A stretch of 64,000 nt of DNA from the NCBI GenBank assembly GCA_951406725.2, contig OX597835.1:38068001-38132000 (forward strand), given 5' to 3'. Positions 38,031-53,593 of the stretch are shown piece after piece (the first letter of the stretch is position 1; each line of letters starts with the position of its first letter). The DNA is from Octopus vulgaris (lineage: Eukaryota). A model generated the notes under the pieces. It saw only the letters and a list, made by a program, of their open reading frames with translations, ran no database searches and was not told where the DNA came from. The translations under genes and the position numbers were made by a program.

Positions 38031-38928
38031 TATGCATGTATGTATGTGTGAGGGCACATGGTTCAATGGTTAGAGCATCGGGTCCACAGTCATGAGGTAG
38101 TGAGTTCAATTTCCAGACCTGGCTGTATGTTGTGTTCTTGAGTAAGGCACTTTATTCCACTCACAATGCACTTTGGACAGCCCGGGGCTATACTAGAAGA
38201 TACTTGCCCAAGGTTCCATGCAACAGGATTGAACCTGGTGCTATATGACTGGGAAGCAAGCTCCTTACCACTCAGCCACACCGGAGTTATTCCACTTGTT
38301 TGTTGCTTTCAAATTTTATAAAATCCTAGTGGGAGTTTTTGCCTCTTGATTGCATGGATAATCTCAGTAAATCTAAATCTTTCAACTCATTGTATTTCAT
38401 ATTGTAGATTTCAGCTTAATCAGTAATTAAGCATGTGATTATATGTGGCTGATCGTTTCAATTACTTTTCGTATCATGGCAGTGGCGATGGTGATGGGGG
38501 TGAGGGTGGGGTACTGAGATGGTGGAGGTGGGCTGGCACTATAGGGATGGTGATGGGGTGTGTAGTCACGGTGGGTGGTTGATGTAATGATGATGATGAT
38601 GATGATGAAGATAATGCTGGTGGTTGTTGTGGCGGTGGTAATGGTGGTGATGGGTAGTGGTGGCAGTGGAGGTGTTGGTGGCGGTGATGGTGGAGGTGTT
38701 GGCGGCGGTGGTGATGGTGATGGCTAGCTGTGGCTGTCATGGTCTTGGTGAGGATTATGGTGGTGGTGGTGGTGGTGGGGGTGATGGAGATGATGGTGAT
38801 GGTGGTGATGGAGTTAACTGTTGGGGCAGTGATGGTGATGATGTTGATGTTGGCACTGGTGGTGAGGGTTTGTACTGAGAGATTTATAGTAGTAGTAATT
38901 GTAGTAGTGGTGGTGGTGGTGGTGATGG

Positions 38929-38992
<64 letters not shown>

Positions 38993-39300
38993 ATGGTGGT
39001 AGCAGTGGTGTTGGGGTAGTGATGGTGGTGGTGGTGGTGACGGTGGTGGTGGTGATGGTGATGGTGCCGATGTAGATGTCATCTTGACAGCTACAGCCTC
39101 CATGCGATGAGTCAGACAATAATTGCAGTTAATAAATTGATGCGAAATAGAAAAACGATGGGTTCATTCCATGCAGGCATTACTTTTGTGTGTGTCAGTG
39201 TATGTATGTATGTGTGTGTGTATATAAATATATATATGTGTGTGTGTGTATGTATCCTGTGTATGTGTGTGCATGTATGTATGTGTGTGTGTATATATAA

Positions 39301-39349
<49 letters not shown>

Positions 39350-39472
39350 AATACAAACATGTATATGTGGCATCTATATATTATATATTGTTGTGTATAT
39401 ATACTCATGTGTATGTGTGTTTGTGTGTATTCACATGCCAAGAGTTTAAGAAATTTGTACTTATTAAACCTA

Positions 39473-39521
<49 letters not shown>

Positions 39522-39736
39522 TTATGTATGTATGTTTAGATATATACAGATATATATGTTTATTATATGTATATATACGCATATATGTATTTACCTATAC
39601 ATATATTCATACTTACATACACACTCACTCATACACATATATTTATGCATATGTATATATATATATATATATATTTGTCTCTCTTTCTCACTCTCATAGC
39701 TGATGATGATGATGATGATGATGATATATATATATA

Positions 39737-39822
<86 letters not shown>

Positions 39823-40084
39823 CAAAATAAGCAACAAGGATATCCAAGGTAGTGTAGTGCAATCGTTTCATGCTACTTTATTTTATTAAACAATGTAAGT
39901 ATTACATCAGTTTTAAAATGTAGTGCAATCTTTAGCCACATACAGAATTTTCCAATTAAATAGACAATGTACATTTTTATACTTATATATATATATATAT
40001 ATATATATCATTAATGTTTGTGTTTATGCTCTTATATAATTAAAACAATTTAACATTAATCTGAAGAGTTATTGTGTACTTTTG

Positions 40085-40415
40085 TTGTGGTCATGAATGA
40101 CCATGGGATTGTAACTAGAAAGTTTTCCTCCAATGCAAAAGTCTGTTTATGTTTATGGAAGGATTGTTTATTGAAGACCAGCAGTCGCCTATGGATACCA
40201 GCTTCACCTGTTCGTGCCGCCAATGTTGTCCAAGGGAAAGGCAAAGGCCGATACAGCATGGAACCAGTGATGGTGCAAGTCATTTCTACAGCTGAATGAA
40301 CTGGAGCAATGTGAAATGAAGTGCCTTACTCAAGAACACAACACACAACCCGCTCCAGGAATTGAACTCATTACATCATGATTGTGAGTCTGTCACTCTA
40401 ACCACTGAACCACAA
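40085..40415 (-). mobile_element. SINE family S3, decayed
   Basis: Match to 36815-37152. Confidence 0.85.
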
Positions 40416-40587
40416 AGAAACATGAAATGAAGTGTTTTGCTGAATAACAAAATCGGAATTGAAACTGGGGTCCTGTGATCAAGAGTGGAACACTATGTCA
40501 TGCATTTTTGCTACACACACATACACACACACACATACACATACATGCACACATACACACACAAACATACATAGCCACACATACATA

Positions 40588-40815
40588 CTGTAAATCCTCG
40601 GGTATAGTCTGCTCTTGAGTATAATATGCAGCTTAAGGTATTTTCGTGCCCGACATCACAAAATGCATCTAAATAAACATTGCCGGACAGCAAATAGAGA
40701 CTCAGACATTGCTTAGAAAATATTTTTCATTTTTAACCTCGTATATAGTACGCACTAGGGATTTTGACCTTTAAATTTTGGGTAAAAAATGCGGATTATA
40801 CTTGAGGATTTACGG
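40588..40815. mobile_element. Tc2/pogo-type MITE
   Basis: TIRs CTGTAAATCCTCGGGTATAGTC / GATTATACTTGAGGATTTACGG with TA on both sides. Confidence 0.85.
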
Positions 40816-40829
40816 TATGTACACATGTA

Positions 40830-41385
40830 TATATGCCATGTAAAAAGCACTGGTGCTGGTGCAACGTATAAAGTGCTGCTGTGATATAAGAAAAGCCACT
40901 GTGGCATAAAAAGTGCTGGTGTGACGTAAAAAGGGCTGGTGATGGTGTGACAAAAGGACCCAGTATATTCTGTAAAGTATTTGGCATTAGGGAAGGTGCC
41001 AGCTGTAGAAACCATGCCAAAACAGACAACAGGACCTGGTGTGACACCTGGCTGTCCCAGCTCCTGTAAAATCATCCAACAGTGGAGGCACATGACTCAG
41101 TGGTTAGGGTGTTGGACTCATTATTGTAAGATTGTAGTTTCAGTTCCTAGAACGGGCATTGTGTTCTTGAGCAAAACACTTCACTTCATGTTTCTCCAGT
41201 CCACTCACTTGGCAAAAATGAGTAGACCTCTGACGGACCAGCATCCCGTCCAGGTGAGGGATTTATATGCCGTGGAAACTGGGACACTGGCCTTTATGAG
41301 TCAGTATGACTTGAAAAGGTAATTTTATTTTTACCGAAATCATTCAATCCATGCCAGCATGGAAAATAGGCGTTAATTGATGATG
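40830..41385 (+). mobile_element. S4 SINE interrupted by an S3b SINE (41083-41325)
   Basis: S4 core resumes after the insert; AAATCAT(C/T)CAA duplicated at ~41069 and ~41337. Confidence 0.7.
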
Positions 41386-41687
41386 ACAACGATGTGTTTG
41401 TTCATATCCCCTTGTTTTGACATTGTGCAACAGACGTAAATGATTGTTGCCATAATTTTTTTCCAGTATTTTGGGAAGGAACTTGTCTGACCATAGGGAA
41501 ATATTACTTTGCTAGGATAGAGATGAGGATTCATAAAAGGAAGGGCATCCAGCTGCAGAAAACCTGTCCCAATGAAGTTCATCTGATCCATGCCAACTCT
41601 GGAATGTGGAAGTTAAAATGATGAAAAATTAAAAAATAATAGTGATCAATTCCCTGTAGAATCAGATTTTTGATTCTGGCAGGTTTT

Positions 41688-42835
41688 AGTGGTGGTAGTG
41701 GTGGTGGTGGTGGTCGCAGTGGTGGTGGTGGTGGTAGTGGTGGTGGTGGTGGTGGTAGTAGTGGTGGTGGTGGTAGTGGTGGTGATAGTGATGGTGGTAG
41801 TGGTTTTGGTGGTGTTGTTGATGGTGGTGGCGGCTGTGGTGGTAGTTGTGATAGTTATGGTGGTGTTGTTGATAGTGGTAGCGGTGGTTGTGGTGATGGT
41901 GGTCGTGGTGATAGTGGGTAGGAGTAGAGGTGTTGGTGTTGGAGGTGATGTTGGTGTTGTTGATGGTGGTAGTGGTGGTTGTAGTGGTGGTGATGATAGT
42001 GGGTAGGGGTGAAGGTGTTGGTGATGGAGTTGATGTTGGTGGTTGTGATAGTGGTGGTGGTGGTGGTCATGACAGTGGTGATGACAGTGGTGGTTGTGGT
42101 GGCAGTGATAGTGGTGGTAGTGGTGATGGTTGTGGTGATGGTGGTTTTTGTGATGTTGGTGGTGGAGGTAGGTGATGATGGTGATGGCGGTGGCAGCTGC
42201 AGCAGTGGTAGTGGTGGTGGTGGTGGTAGTGGTGGTAGTGGTGGTAGTGGTGGTGTATTTATCGTTACATTGTTTGGTCTGGTGCCAATTTCATGTGAAT
42301 TTAATGACTTCACTCATTTTCTATATCACTTCTGAACATGACCATACATACACACTCATATATACACAGACACACACACACACACACATGTACATATATA
42401 TATATATACTCACACACAAACACGTGTGTGTGTGTGTATTCAATCAAACGTATACAGACATATGAATGTTCACACACATCAACATACACATACATGTAAC
42501 CATGTATATAAATACAAATTGCATATATGTCTACACATACACACACACACACACACACATACGTGTAACCACAACCACCAATGCAATCACCGAAACAGCT
42601 TCGAGCACAACCACCACCACCAACACCACCACCACCACAACCTCCACCACCACCACCACAACCTCCATCACCACAACCTCCACCACAACCAACACCACAA
42701 CCTCTACCACCAAATCCTCTACCACCACCACCACCACCACCAACACCACAACCTCCACCACCAAAACCTCTACCACCACCACCACCACCACCACCACCAC
42801 CACCACCACCACCACCACCACCACCACCACCACTA
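41688..42835. repeat. (GGT)n array at 41688-42255 and complementary (ACC)n array at 42567-42835
   Basis: Directly visible. Confidence 0.95.
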
Positions 42836-43273
42836 ACACCACTAACACTGCTGCTACTGCTATATCAACAAATGGTGAGAACTACCTCCACTCCACTCCA
42901 CCACACCTACACACCATCATGACTATTAACAACAACAACAAGAAGATTATGAGCAAGAAAATGATTATTTTCTTCAACAACAGAAACGAAAAAAATCCTC
43001 CTCACCATCAGCAAAGCCACCATCACAATCACCATCACCATCACCATCACCATCACCATCACAATCACCATCACCATCACCATCACCATCACCATCACCA
43101 TTATCATCACATCAATATTGTTGTCATCATCACCGTCATCATCATCATCAAGCTCACAGAGCTGGAAACCTTGGTGAAATGTCTCAACTATAGTCCTAGG
43201 GGCCAACAAACACTTTATAACTGTATTTGGTAGATAGAAACTGAAAGAAGCACATTATATTTGTATGTGTGTG

Positions 43274-43506
<233 letters not shown>

Positions 43507-43514
43507 TATATATA

Positions 43515-43778
43515 TTTATAAATAAGGATAATATCGATATTTAAATATCGATATTATCAAGTGGCCAGTATGGGAATAAATACTATACAAAGGTAATAAT
43601 TATATAAAACTATAAATAAGGGTATCTGAGAGATACCCCCATGCTGAAATAGCAGTCAATACCCTGACTCCAAAAACCACCTTAAAAGATCATATCGCGC
43701 CATGAGATAAGACAGAGAGACAAAATAAACTAGCCAAAAAATTATCCAGTAAAATCTGTTTAGCTAGTTTATTATGTA
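43515..43778. mobile_element. Second copy of the 5966 element with a different terminal inversion
   Basis: Colinear with 5966-6190. Confidence 0.8.
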
Positions 43779-43992
43779 GAAAGTTTATATTTAAGGCAAA
43801 AAAACCCCAAAAAAACTCCAAAAAACTATCCATTACAAGTTGAAATTCTTGGTCAAATATTTTAATCACAGAATCTGGATGTATTAAAACAAAGACAGGA
43901 ATTTATGGAATTCTTTTTCAGACTTAGTCTGATGAAAAGCACATGGGCACTTCAGAGTATATGTAAAATATGTATATAATATTATATTATGA

Positions 43993-44049
<57 letters not shown>

Positions 44050-44124
44050 CATTATCATTGAGTGAGAGGGCAGTGCTTGCCATCAAAGTGACACTGGGGT
44101 ATTATTATTATTATTATTATTATT

Positions 44125-44625
44125 AAGGGAGTGAGCTGGCAGACTCGTTAGCATGCTGGGCTAAATAAAAGATAAAAAAAGGTAAAGACCCCCTTCGGTC
44201 ATGAATGACCATGGGATTGCACCTAGAAAGTTACCTTCCTAGATACAAGTCCGGGCAAGGTTGTTTATGGAAGACCAGCAGTCGCCCATGCATACCAGCC
44301 TCCCTCTCCACACCACCAGTGTTATCCAAGGGAAAGACAAAGGTCGATACAGCTTGGCACCAGTGACGTCGCAACTCATTTCTACAGCTGAGTGAACTGG
44401 AGCAACGTGAAATAAAGTGCCTTGCTCAAGAACACAACATGCAGCTGGGCTAAATGTTTAGTAGTATTTCACTCATTGCTACGTTCTGAGTTCAAATTCC
44501 ACTGAGGTCGACTTTGCCTTTCATCCTTTCAGGAGTTGATGAATTAAGTACCAGTGAAACACTGGGGGTTGATGTAATTGACACGAACACTCCCCAAAAA
44601 TGTCTAACATTGTGGCAAAATTTGA
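44125..44625 (+). mobile_element. S2 SINE split by an S3 SINE (44167-44443, minus) with a 12-bp TSD
   Basis: GCTGGGCTAAAT at 44155-44166 and 44444-44455. Confidence 0.9.
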
Positions 44626-44702
44626 AACTATTATTATTATTGTTGTTGTTGCTTTTGTTTTTGTTGTTATTATTATTATTTTATCATTATTATTATTATT
44701 AA

Positions 44703-44739
<37 letters not shown>

Positions 44740-44811
44740 TTTATTATTATTGTTATTATTATTATTTTTATTATTATTATTATCATTATTATTATCATTA
44801 TTATTATGATT

Positions 44812-44842
<31 letters not shown>

Positions 44843-45357
44843 TTATTATCATTATTATTATTAATTATGTCCATGAAATATCTTTTCTATGTTCTGTTGA
44901 AACAATTGTAACTACTGAATTAACAGTTACTCCATGAATTCCTGCCTACATAGTTCATAGCAGTTTAAAATCATCTGTCATGGACACCAAATCTCTCATA
45001 TCTTGTGATTTCATTCTACTGGAAATCATCAGTGATAGGCATCTGTTATCTGCATGCCAGTCATTGAGTGATTTATGAGTGTGCTTTTATGTTGCAATCT
45101 ATGTATGTGCCTTTATACATTAAGTGCCTATAGAAAAGGACCTCTCAAGGCTAATAAATCAGTATTCAGTGTTCTTACAGGATGTCCATGTTAAGCTGGA
45201 TATAAATATTACCTTTTCGTATTAATACTGATTCTTATTTACATTATTTACATTTGACAGAAATTCATCCTTATCTTGTTTGTTGTTAACACAACGTTTC
45301 AGCTAATATACCCTCCAGTATCTATCAGCTTTCTGATGCCAGCAGATGTAATAGCTA

Positions 45358-45745
45358 TTCTTTTATTCTTTTACTTGTTTCAGTTATTTAATTGAAGCTA
45401 TGCTGGTAAAGCATCTTAAGGGTTTTAGTCAAAAAATCAACCTCAGGGCTTATTCTTTGTTAGTACTTTTTCTGTTGGCCTCTTTTGCCAAGCAACTAAG
45501 CTATGGGGACATAAACACACCAGTATCGGTTGTCAAGTAATGATGGGAGGGGGTGCAATCACAGACAAACAGACACGCATATATGACTGGCTTCTTTCAG
45601 TTTCTGTCTATTAAATCCACTCACAAGGCTTTGGTTAGCCCTAGGCTAAAATAGAAGACACTTGCTCAAGGTGTCACACAGTGGGACTGAACCTGGAGTC
45701 ATGTGCTTGGGGAAGCAAGCCTCTTACCACATAGTCACACCTGCA
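45358..45745 (-). mobile_element. SINE family S1, old CpG-decayed copy
   Basis: Family motifs with CpG changed to TpG/CpA. Confidence 0.85.
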
Positions 45746-45749
45746 CTAT

Positions 45750-46200
45750 CTGAACTTCTTCCAGCTGGTTTGTATTCTAGCAGCTATGCTTTCAGAACAT
45801 CCTCCTCCACTGCTAATTAGGTTCCTTTGGTAACAGAAACTTTCTACCCCCTCTAAGGAATCTCCAGGGCATTCAAGAAACTTCCCATGTGTTCTTACAG
45901 GTTTATTGGTCCTGCACATCTGCTAGAAAGTCTACTTTCTCTATTAAACTTTCCTAGGGTTTCACTGCACTTCATGTGTGCCCGTTGTTTGAACTGGGTA
46001 CACCATATGTAATTTCTACCTACACCTTTTCTGCTTATCAAACAGGATCCTTTTCCTGAAGAGATAAACATACTGTATTTTCCTGTTTACTAGAACCTTG
46101 GTTAATTTCAAATTAATTTCAAGAGCCTTTGATTCCTAAATTTGCTGCCACTACCTAGAAGTATCTCTGCTCTTGGGTCCATCAGAAAATTTCTAATTGA
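45750..46200 (-). mobile_element. RTE-type LINE RT-region fragment with a Cys-rich insert
   Basis: Minus-strand frames: VWQQI*ESKALEINLKLTKVLV, RKGVGRNYIWCTQ, VESFCYQ..LISSGGGCSESIAARIQTSWKKFR. Confidence 0.78.
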
Positions 46201-46553
46201 CAATCTTGAAAAGCTAAACATTTCAGGCAAAGAAATTTTCTGCTAAAAGACAGCTTGTAATTACAATCACTGAATGGAAGAGTGATCCTATCAAAGATAT
46301 TACCAAAGTTCAACATAGACGTCTTTACCATTATTGTTAATTCTTGGTGAGAAACCAGTCCTTGTTTTTTAATTTAATTTTATTATATTTTGTGAAGAAT
46401 TTAAATAATTAGAAAATGGAAGAAAACATATACGTATATAAAACAAATATACATACACATATACACATATGTATGTCCATACATACGTACCTACATATGT
46501 ATCTACTTACATACATTCATACCTGTATACATACATACACAAACACACACATA

Positions 46554-46610
<57 letters not shown>

Positions 46611-46614
46611 GTAA

Positions 46615-46646
<32 letters not shown>

Positions 46647-46653
46647 GTATATA

Positions 46654-46711
<58 letters not shown>

Positions 46712-47438
46712 CACACTCATATATACATACACACATGAAAACATGAATACATACATACACCTGTTTATATATATTCACATACATACACATACACACATGC
46801 AAACATACATACACATACACATATGCAAACATACATACATACACCTGTTTATATATATTCATACACGGATTTACATACACATGCATGCACAGAAACACAC
46901 ATACATACGGACATGTATAAAAACACACAAACAGTCATACATACATATGCACATACATAAAAACATACATACACTCATACATACACACATATGTAAACAC
47001 ATATATATATACACATGTGTATATATCGTAGACATCTGTCCACCGAAGCTGCATCAGACAAGGAAAATGGTCTGAACTGAAATAAATTTTTATCTTATTA
47101 CAGATTTAAAATTAAGGGAAATAATGAAAGAATTAAAATTTTGGCTATTTCTGGAGGACAATATCAAAATAAATTGGATGCGAAACACGTACAAAGTCAA
47201 TTTTGTGGACTATATATAGAATTTGTTTAAAATAATTTTTGACATAAGTGTGTATATATATATGCTCAGACATACACACACACACACACACACACACTCA
47301 CACATACATGCACACAGACACACACACGTATATATGCATAAATATAAACATGCACACACGTGTATATACAAGTGTATCTAAACACACTTGCACACACAGA
47401 CAAAAATATATTTATGCATAAGCATATATGCATACACA

Positions 47439-47472
<34 letters not shown>

Positions 47473-48038
47473 CACACACACACACATATTAATACATATA
47501 TACATACAGATTTATTTATATAGTCATATAGTCATGTATATACATATACATATACATATATATATATACATATATTTTATAAATATATGCATATATACAT
47601 ATATATATGTGTGTATATATATATATATATATACATGCATATACAAGTATAGAAGTCCAAATCAATTTCATTAAGAAGTATATAAATATCCGTTCCTCCA
47701 TATGTATGAGTGTATATGTGTCTCGTGGTATATATTTGTAACTAGATTTCTTCAAAATTCAAGAGAATGATAGTCAATTGTTTTGAAATAAATAACACTT
47801 TAATATGTTAGCACATATTCATGAGAACAGTCTATGTATTTTCATATTCCATCCATTACATGTATTTATTAAAACACTTTGTATTGGTATAGAAGACACT
47901 TTATATATGAAGACAATTTATATTGGCATATATGTATATATATGCGTGTGTGTGGAGGTGCACAGGCCCAGTTGTTAGGGCAGCAGACAGCATGGCTATA
48001 GTCTAAGGACTTGAAGAGGTAAGAAATAAAGATAAAAG

Positions 48039-48070
<32 letters not shown>

Positions 48071-48074
<4 letters not shown>

Positions 48075-48722
48075 GCTTGTTTCAGCTCAGAGCTGCGGCC
48101 ATGCTGATGCACCACCGTTTTGTGCTACACTGTTATTACGAAGAACCTCCTCAAATATGTGGTACGTGGTGAAGAATGGAGTTTGCCATAGCTACTCTCA
48201 TTTGCACCTCTTGCTGTGAGGTAGGTTCATCTGGGACTCTCGACAGGAAGATGTCCAGCTTTGATTTAAAAACTGCTACATCTACTTTGTGCAAGTTCCT
48301 CAGACTCTTTGGGAGAATATTAAAAAGCTGTGGGCCCTTGAAACCCAGGCTGTTGCAGAAGCTGGTCCTAAAGCATGATGGCATTGCTGGGATCTTTGGC
48401 ACTATGCAGTGTCGTCCCGTTCTAGCATTGGTGTAGCTTACAATGCCAAAATTTGGCACAGTTCCTTCCAGGATTTTTCAGACATATATTACTGCATACC
48501 TATCCTGTCTTCTCTCTAGGGAGTAGAGTCTTAGCTGTTTCAACCTTTCCCAGTAGCTGAGCTGTTCCAAAGAGATGATCTTCTTTGTGAATCTTCTCTG
48601 GATTGCTTCAAGGTCCGCTGTTAATTTTACACTGTTGGGTGACCATAGCTGTGAGCAGTAATCCAGGCGGCTGAGGACGAATGTCCGCCAGAGGACCATC
48701 ACGGTTTCCTTATCTCTAGTTC
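48071..48722 (-). mobile_element. CR1-like LINE 3' end (RT C-terminus plus 3' UTR), one in-frame stop
   Basis: LWRTFVLSRLDYCSQLWSP..LEAIQRRFTK..LSYWERLKQLRLYSLERR..GPQLFNILP..FKSKLDIFL. Confidence 0.93.
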
Positions 48723-49243
48723 ACTCAAGTCGATACCCAGGTCCCTCACAGACTTAGGCTCTGGGATTCCTTGTGGACCGGTGTATCCTGTAAGTTTAAT
48801 ATATATATATATATATATATACAAATATTAAAACGAATTTCTTTGTGTCAGTGTGTGAAACTTTGACCCCCCTCTCTCACTATTCAATGTCACTTCTACT
48901 ATTCCTCATGCTGGGGTGAGAGTAATACTAGGCATAGAGACATTGAAGGTGGTAGTAGATTGACAGCTGTGATGGTAATGCGGTGATAGTAATAGTATGA
49001 GCTGTGGTTGTGATAGAAGTGGGGGCAATGGTGATGATGTTGGTGGTGGTGGTAGCCGAGGTGGTCAGGGATGATGGTGATAGTAAGCAATGTAAAAGAC
49101 AGTGGTGATGGTGGTGGAGGGAAAGGTGGCAAAGTCAAAGATATTGATGGTGGTAGCATCAGAAGTCTGAATGTTGTGTGTATGGCAGTTGTGGTGGTGA
49201 TAGTGGTGGTAGTTGTGATGGTTGAAAATAATCAACAGAAAGA

Positions 49244-49288
<45 letters not shown>

Positions 49289-49540
49289 GTTAGATAGAAA
49301 AGAAAATTGTAGTGACCCCTGAATGGTAAGACAAAAAAATGTTGTTTATCATGCAGCTTTGCAATAAGTTCCAAGACAACAAATTATATCCTTGTTTTGA
49401 TGAAAATTGTTCATTGCTTAAAAAATAATGGTCACACGTTGAATAAAATCTAATATGTACTCAATGCATGAAGTGTCATTGTTGGGTTCAAGGCACAGTG
49501 AAGAGCCCTCCACAAGGAGGGGAAGTTTTAAAGCTAGTAC

Positions 49541-49605
<65 letters not shown>

Positions 49606-49650
49606 ATATATATATGTCTGTGTATATAAATATATATATATATATGTATA

Positions 49651-49698
<48 letters not shown>

Positions 49699-49735
49699 TA
49701 TACATATATATATACATACACACACACATATATAT

Positions 49736-49766
<31 letters not shown>

Positions 49767-49826
49767 GATATATGTGTGTGTGTGTATATAAATATATATA
49801 TATATGTATTTATAGATGTATGTATA

Positions 49827-49871
<45 letters not shown>

Positions 49872-50222
49872 ATAAATAGATAGATGGATAGAGAGATAGA
49901 AGGAATTCTAAAAGAAGACAGAATCAGACAACAAACAACAGAAAAACTAAACAAACCACTCATGCCCTCCCACCCTCAACCATTCCGTTATTCTCTCATA
50001 CATCACCTCAAGCCTCTACCTCAAGAACTCACTTTAAGTTCCCCCACCCCTACACACCTTTCAGCCTGCTTTATTCCATTTCATTTTACTGCGAATTTAT
50101 TTATTTTTTAAGATGTATTTGTATAATTAATCCGACATTTAATTTAATTTAACGAAGGAGTTGTTACTTTTATTAATTTCTCTATAGGATTTCAATTGTA
50201 ATCTCTTCTTCTTCTTCTTCTT

Positions 50223-50253
<31 letters not shown>

Positions 50254-50332
50254 TTATTATTATTATTATTATTATATGTGTTTCAGCAGTACAAATACTA
50301 AAAAAAAAACCCACCATCATCATCACCACCAC

Positions 50333-50374
<42 letters not shown>

Positions 50375-50515
50375 TACTATAGTTATATATGATTCTTCTA
50401 CATGTTGTTGTTGATGATCTTCTTCTTCATTTTTCTTCTTCCTGCTCTTCTTTTTCTTTTTCTTCTTCCTGCTCTTCTTCTTCTTCTTCTTCTTCTTCTT
50501 CTTTTTCTTCTTCTT

Positions 50516-50546
<31 letters not shown>

Positions 50547-51213
50547 TTATTATTATTATTATGAAAGGAATGTATTTATTTTTTTTTGTTTTCTGTTTCT
50601 TTTTTTTTGTCTGTTTTTCGCATGTCCTCATTGTTGAATGCTGTCAGCGAAGCAAAATAAGAGCTGATGATAATGGTGATAGGAAGATATTGAATGGTGA
50701 TAGGAGGTATGCGTCGGATGAGCGTGAAGAAAATATGATGACAATAATTTCATTAAACCTCACACAGATGATGAAACAATAACGACAACGACAACAACAA
50801 CAGCAACATTAGCAAGCATTAACAAAAAAAGCAATTTAAAAACACCTGAGAAACAAACAAAAGAAAAGACACAAAACGTTGTTAATAACAACAGGCAACA
50901 ACAGCAACAACAACAACGACAACAACAACAACAACTAACGTCGCAACTACAAAACGAAGAACTATTTTCATAAACTACAACGTTAACAACAGCAACAACA
51001 AGATCAGCAACAAAACACAAACACACATGCAAACTTGCCTACACTCACACACACGCACACGTGCGTGTGCACACACACACACACAAACACACACAATGTT
51101 AAATCACGTACACATGCACACATGCGTGCGCACGTGTGCACAAGTGCAAGGCTAAAACACGATTAAGAAATAGAAACAATTAAATCTAAAGACATAGAAA
51201 TAATAATCATAAT

Positions 51214-51256
<43 letters not shown>

Positions 51257-51260
<4 letters not shown>

Positions 51261-51352
51261 TGATGGTGATGGTGATGATGATGATGATGATAATGGTGAT
51301 GATGGTGATGATGATGAAGATGATGGCGATGATGATGATGAGGGTGATGATG

Positions 51353-51383
<31 letters not shown>

Positions 51384-51403
51384 CGATGATGATGATGATG
51401 ATT

Positions 51404-51435
<32 letters not shown>

Positions 51436-51670
51436 GATGATTATGATGATGATGATGATGATGATGATAATCTGGTCGAGAACAACAGCAACAACAATAG
51501 TAATAGCAATGATGGTGATGATGATGATGACGATGAGGAGGATAATGCTGATGATGACAATGATGGTGATGACAACAACGACGACGATGATGACTATGAT
51601 GGTGATGATGATGATGACGATGATGATGATGGGAACAAAACAACAATGTCGGCAACAATGATGATGATGA
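51257..51670. repeat. (GAT)n microsatellite
   Basis: Directly visible. Confidence 0.95.
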
Positions 51671-51849
51671 TAATAATTAATATTAATCTGGAAATAAATT
51701 GAAAGTCGGTTGCTGTGAAGACCTCGGAAAGAGATGAGACGGTTGTTTACTTTTTTCCGAAGAAATCCTCACGAGGTTCTTCACATAATCATCGGTTATA
51801 AGCTTTAAGTAATACAGATATGGCAAAGTACTCAATCTAGAGATTAGCA

Positions 51850-52870
<1,021 letters not shown>

Positions 52871-53099
52871 AGGAGTTAATTTTTGCTAAGAAATTGCAAA
52901 TTTCCAACAATCCCGCTTCGATTCTCAATTGGTAGAAATTCATTTCATTTCATCAAAACTTGTCTTTTGGGAGAAAAAGATTGTTTTCATTTTCCTATCA
53001 TTACTTGCAGTTCCTTCTTTTCTTTCCCTTTTCTTCCTTCCTTCCTTCCTTCCTTCCACCCAGCCATCCTTCCTTCCTTCCACCTTTTTTCTTTTTCTT

Positions 53100-53295
53100 C
53101 CTTATCCACGCGTACACACACACACCGGAATCTTTACGACGACAATGCACTCTCTCGCCGAGCTCTCTTCACTCGTGAGTTTCTCACCACCAAAACAACA
53201 TGGTATCGCTTCCGTACCCACCCTATTAGCCAGATTTAGCACTAGCGGATTTCCATCTCTTCCCCAAGATGAAAATGCAGCTCAAAGGTCGCCGT
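53100..53295. promoter_or_regulatory. CpG-rich unique segment, candidate promoter at the CpG-content boundary
   Basis: Many CpGs in non-repeat DNA next to (GA)/(CCTT) tracts. Confidence 0.25.
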
Positions 53296-53593
53296 TTTAA
53301 ATACTGATCGTTGTAGTTAACCGTCAATTGGAACTTGACTGAGAGCTAATACCACCTGGAAAATATATCCCCTCCAAACTCTCATATATATATATATAAT
53401 TGAAAAATAGGATAAAATCTTTATAAGAATTTATCAAATAGTTATCGTGAAAACCTCATAAGGGAACAATCCATCAATTATTCCTCTTAAATATATTTAC
53501 TTATATTAAGGGCATTACTATACTGTTGTCGAGATCAAGAGTGAATCGAAGGAGGTCCTCGACTCGCTTATGGAAAACGAGTTCTAGGCCAGA

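Noticed and set aside
45285-45320. Hammerhead 3' half on minus (CTGGAGGGTATATTAGCTGAAACGTTGTGT)
   Set aside because: The CUGAnGA core and 5' stem I are missing in this copy
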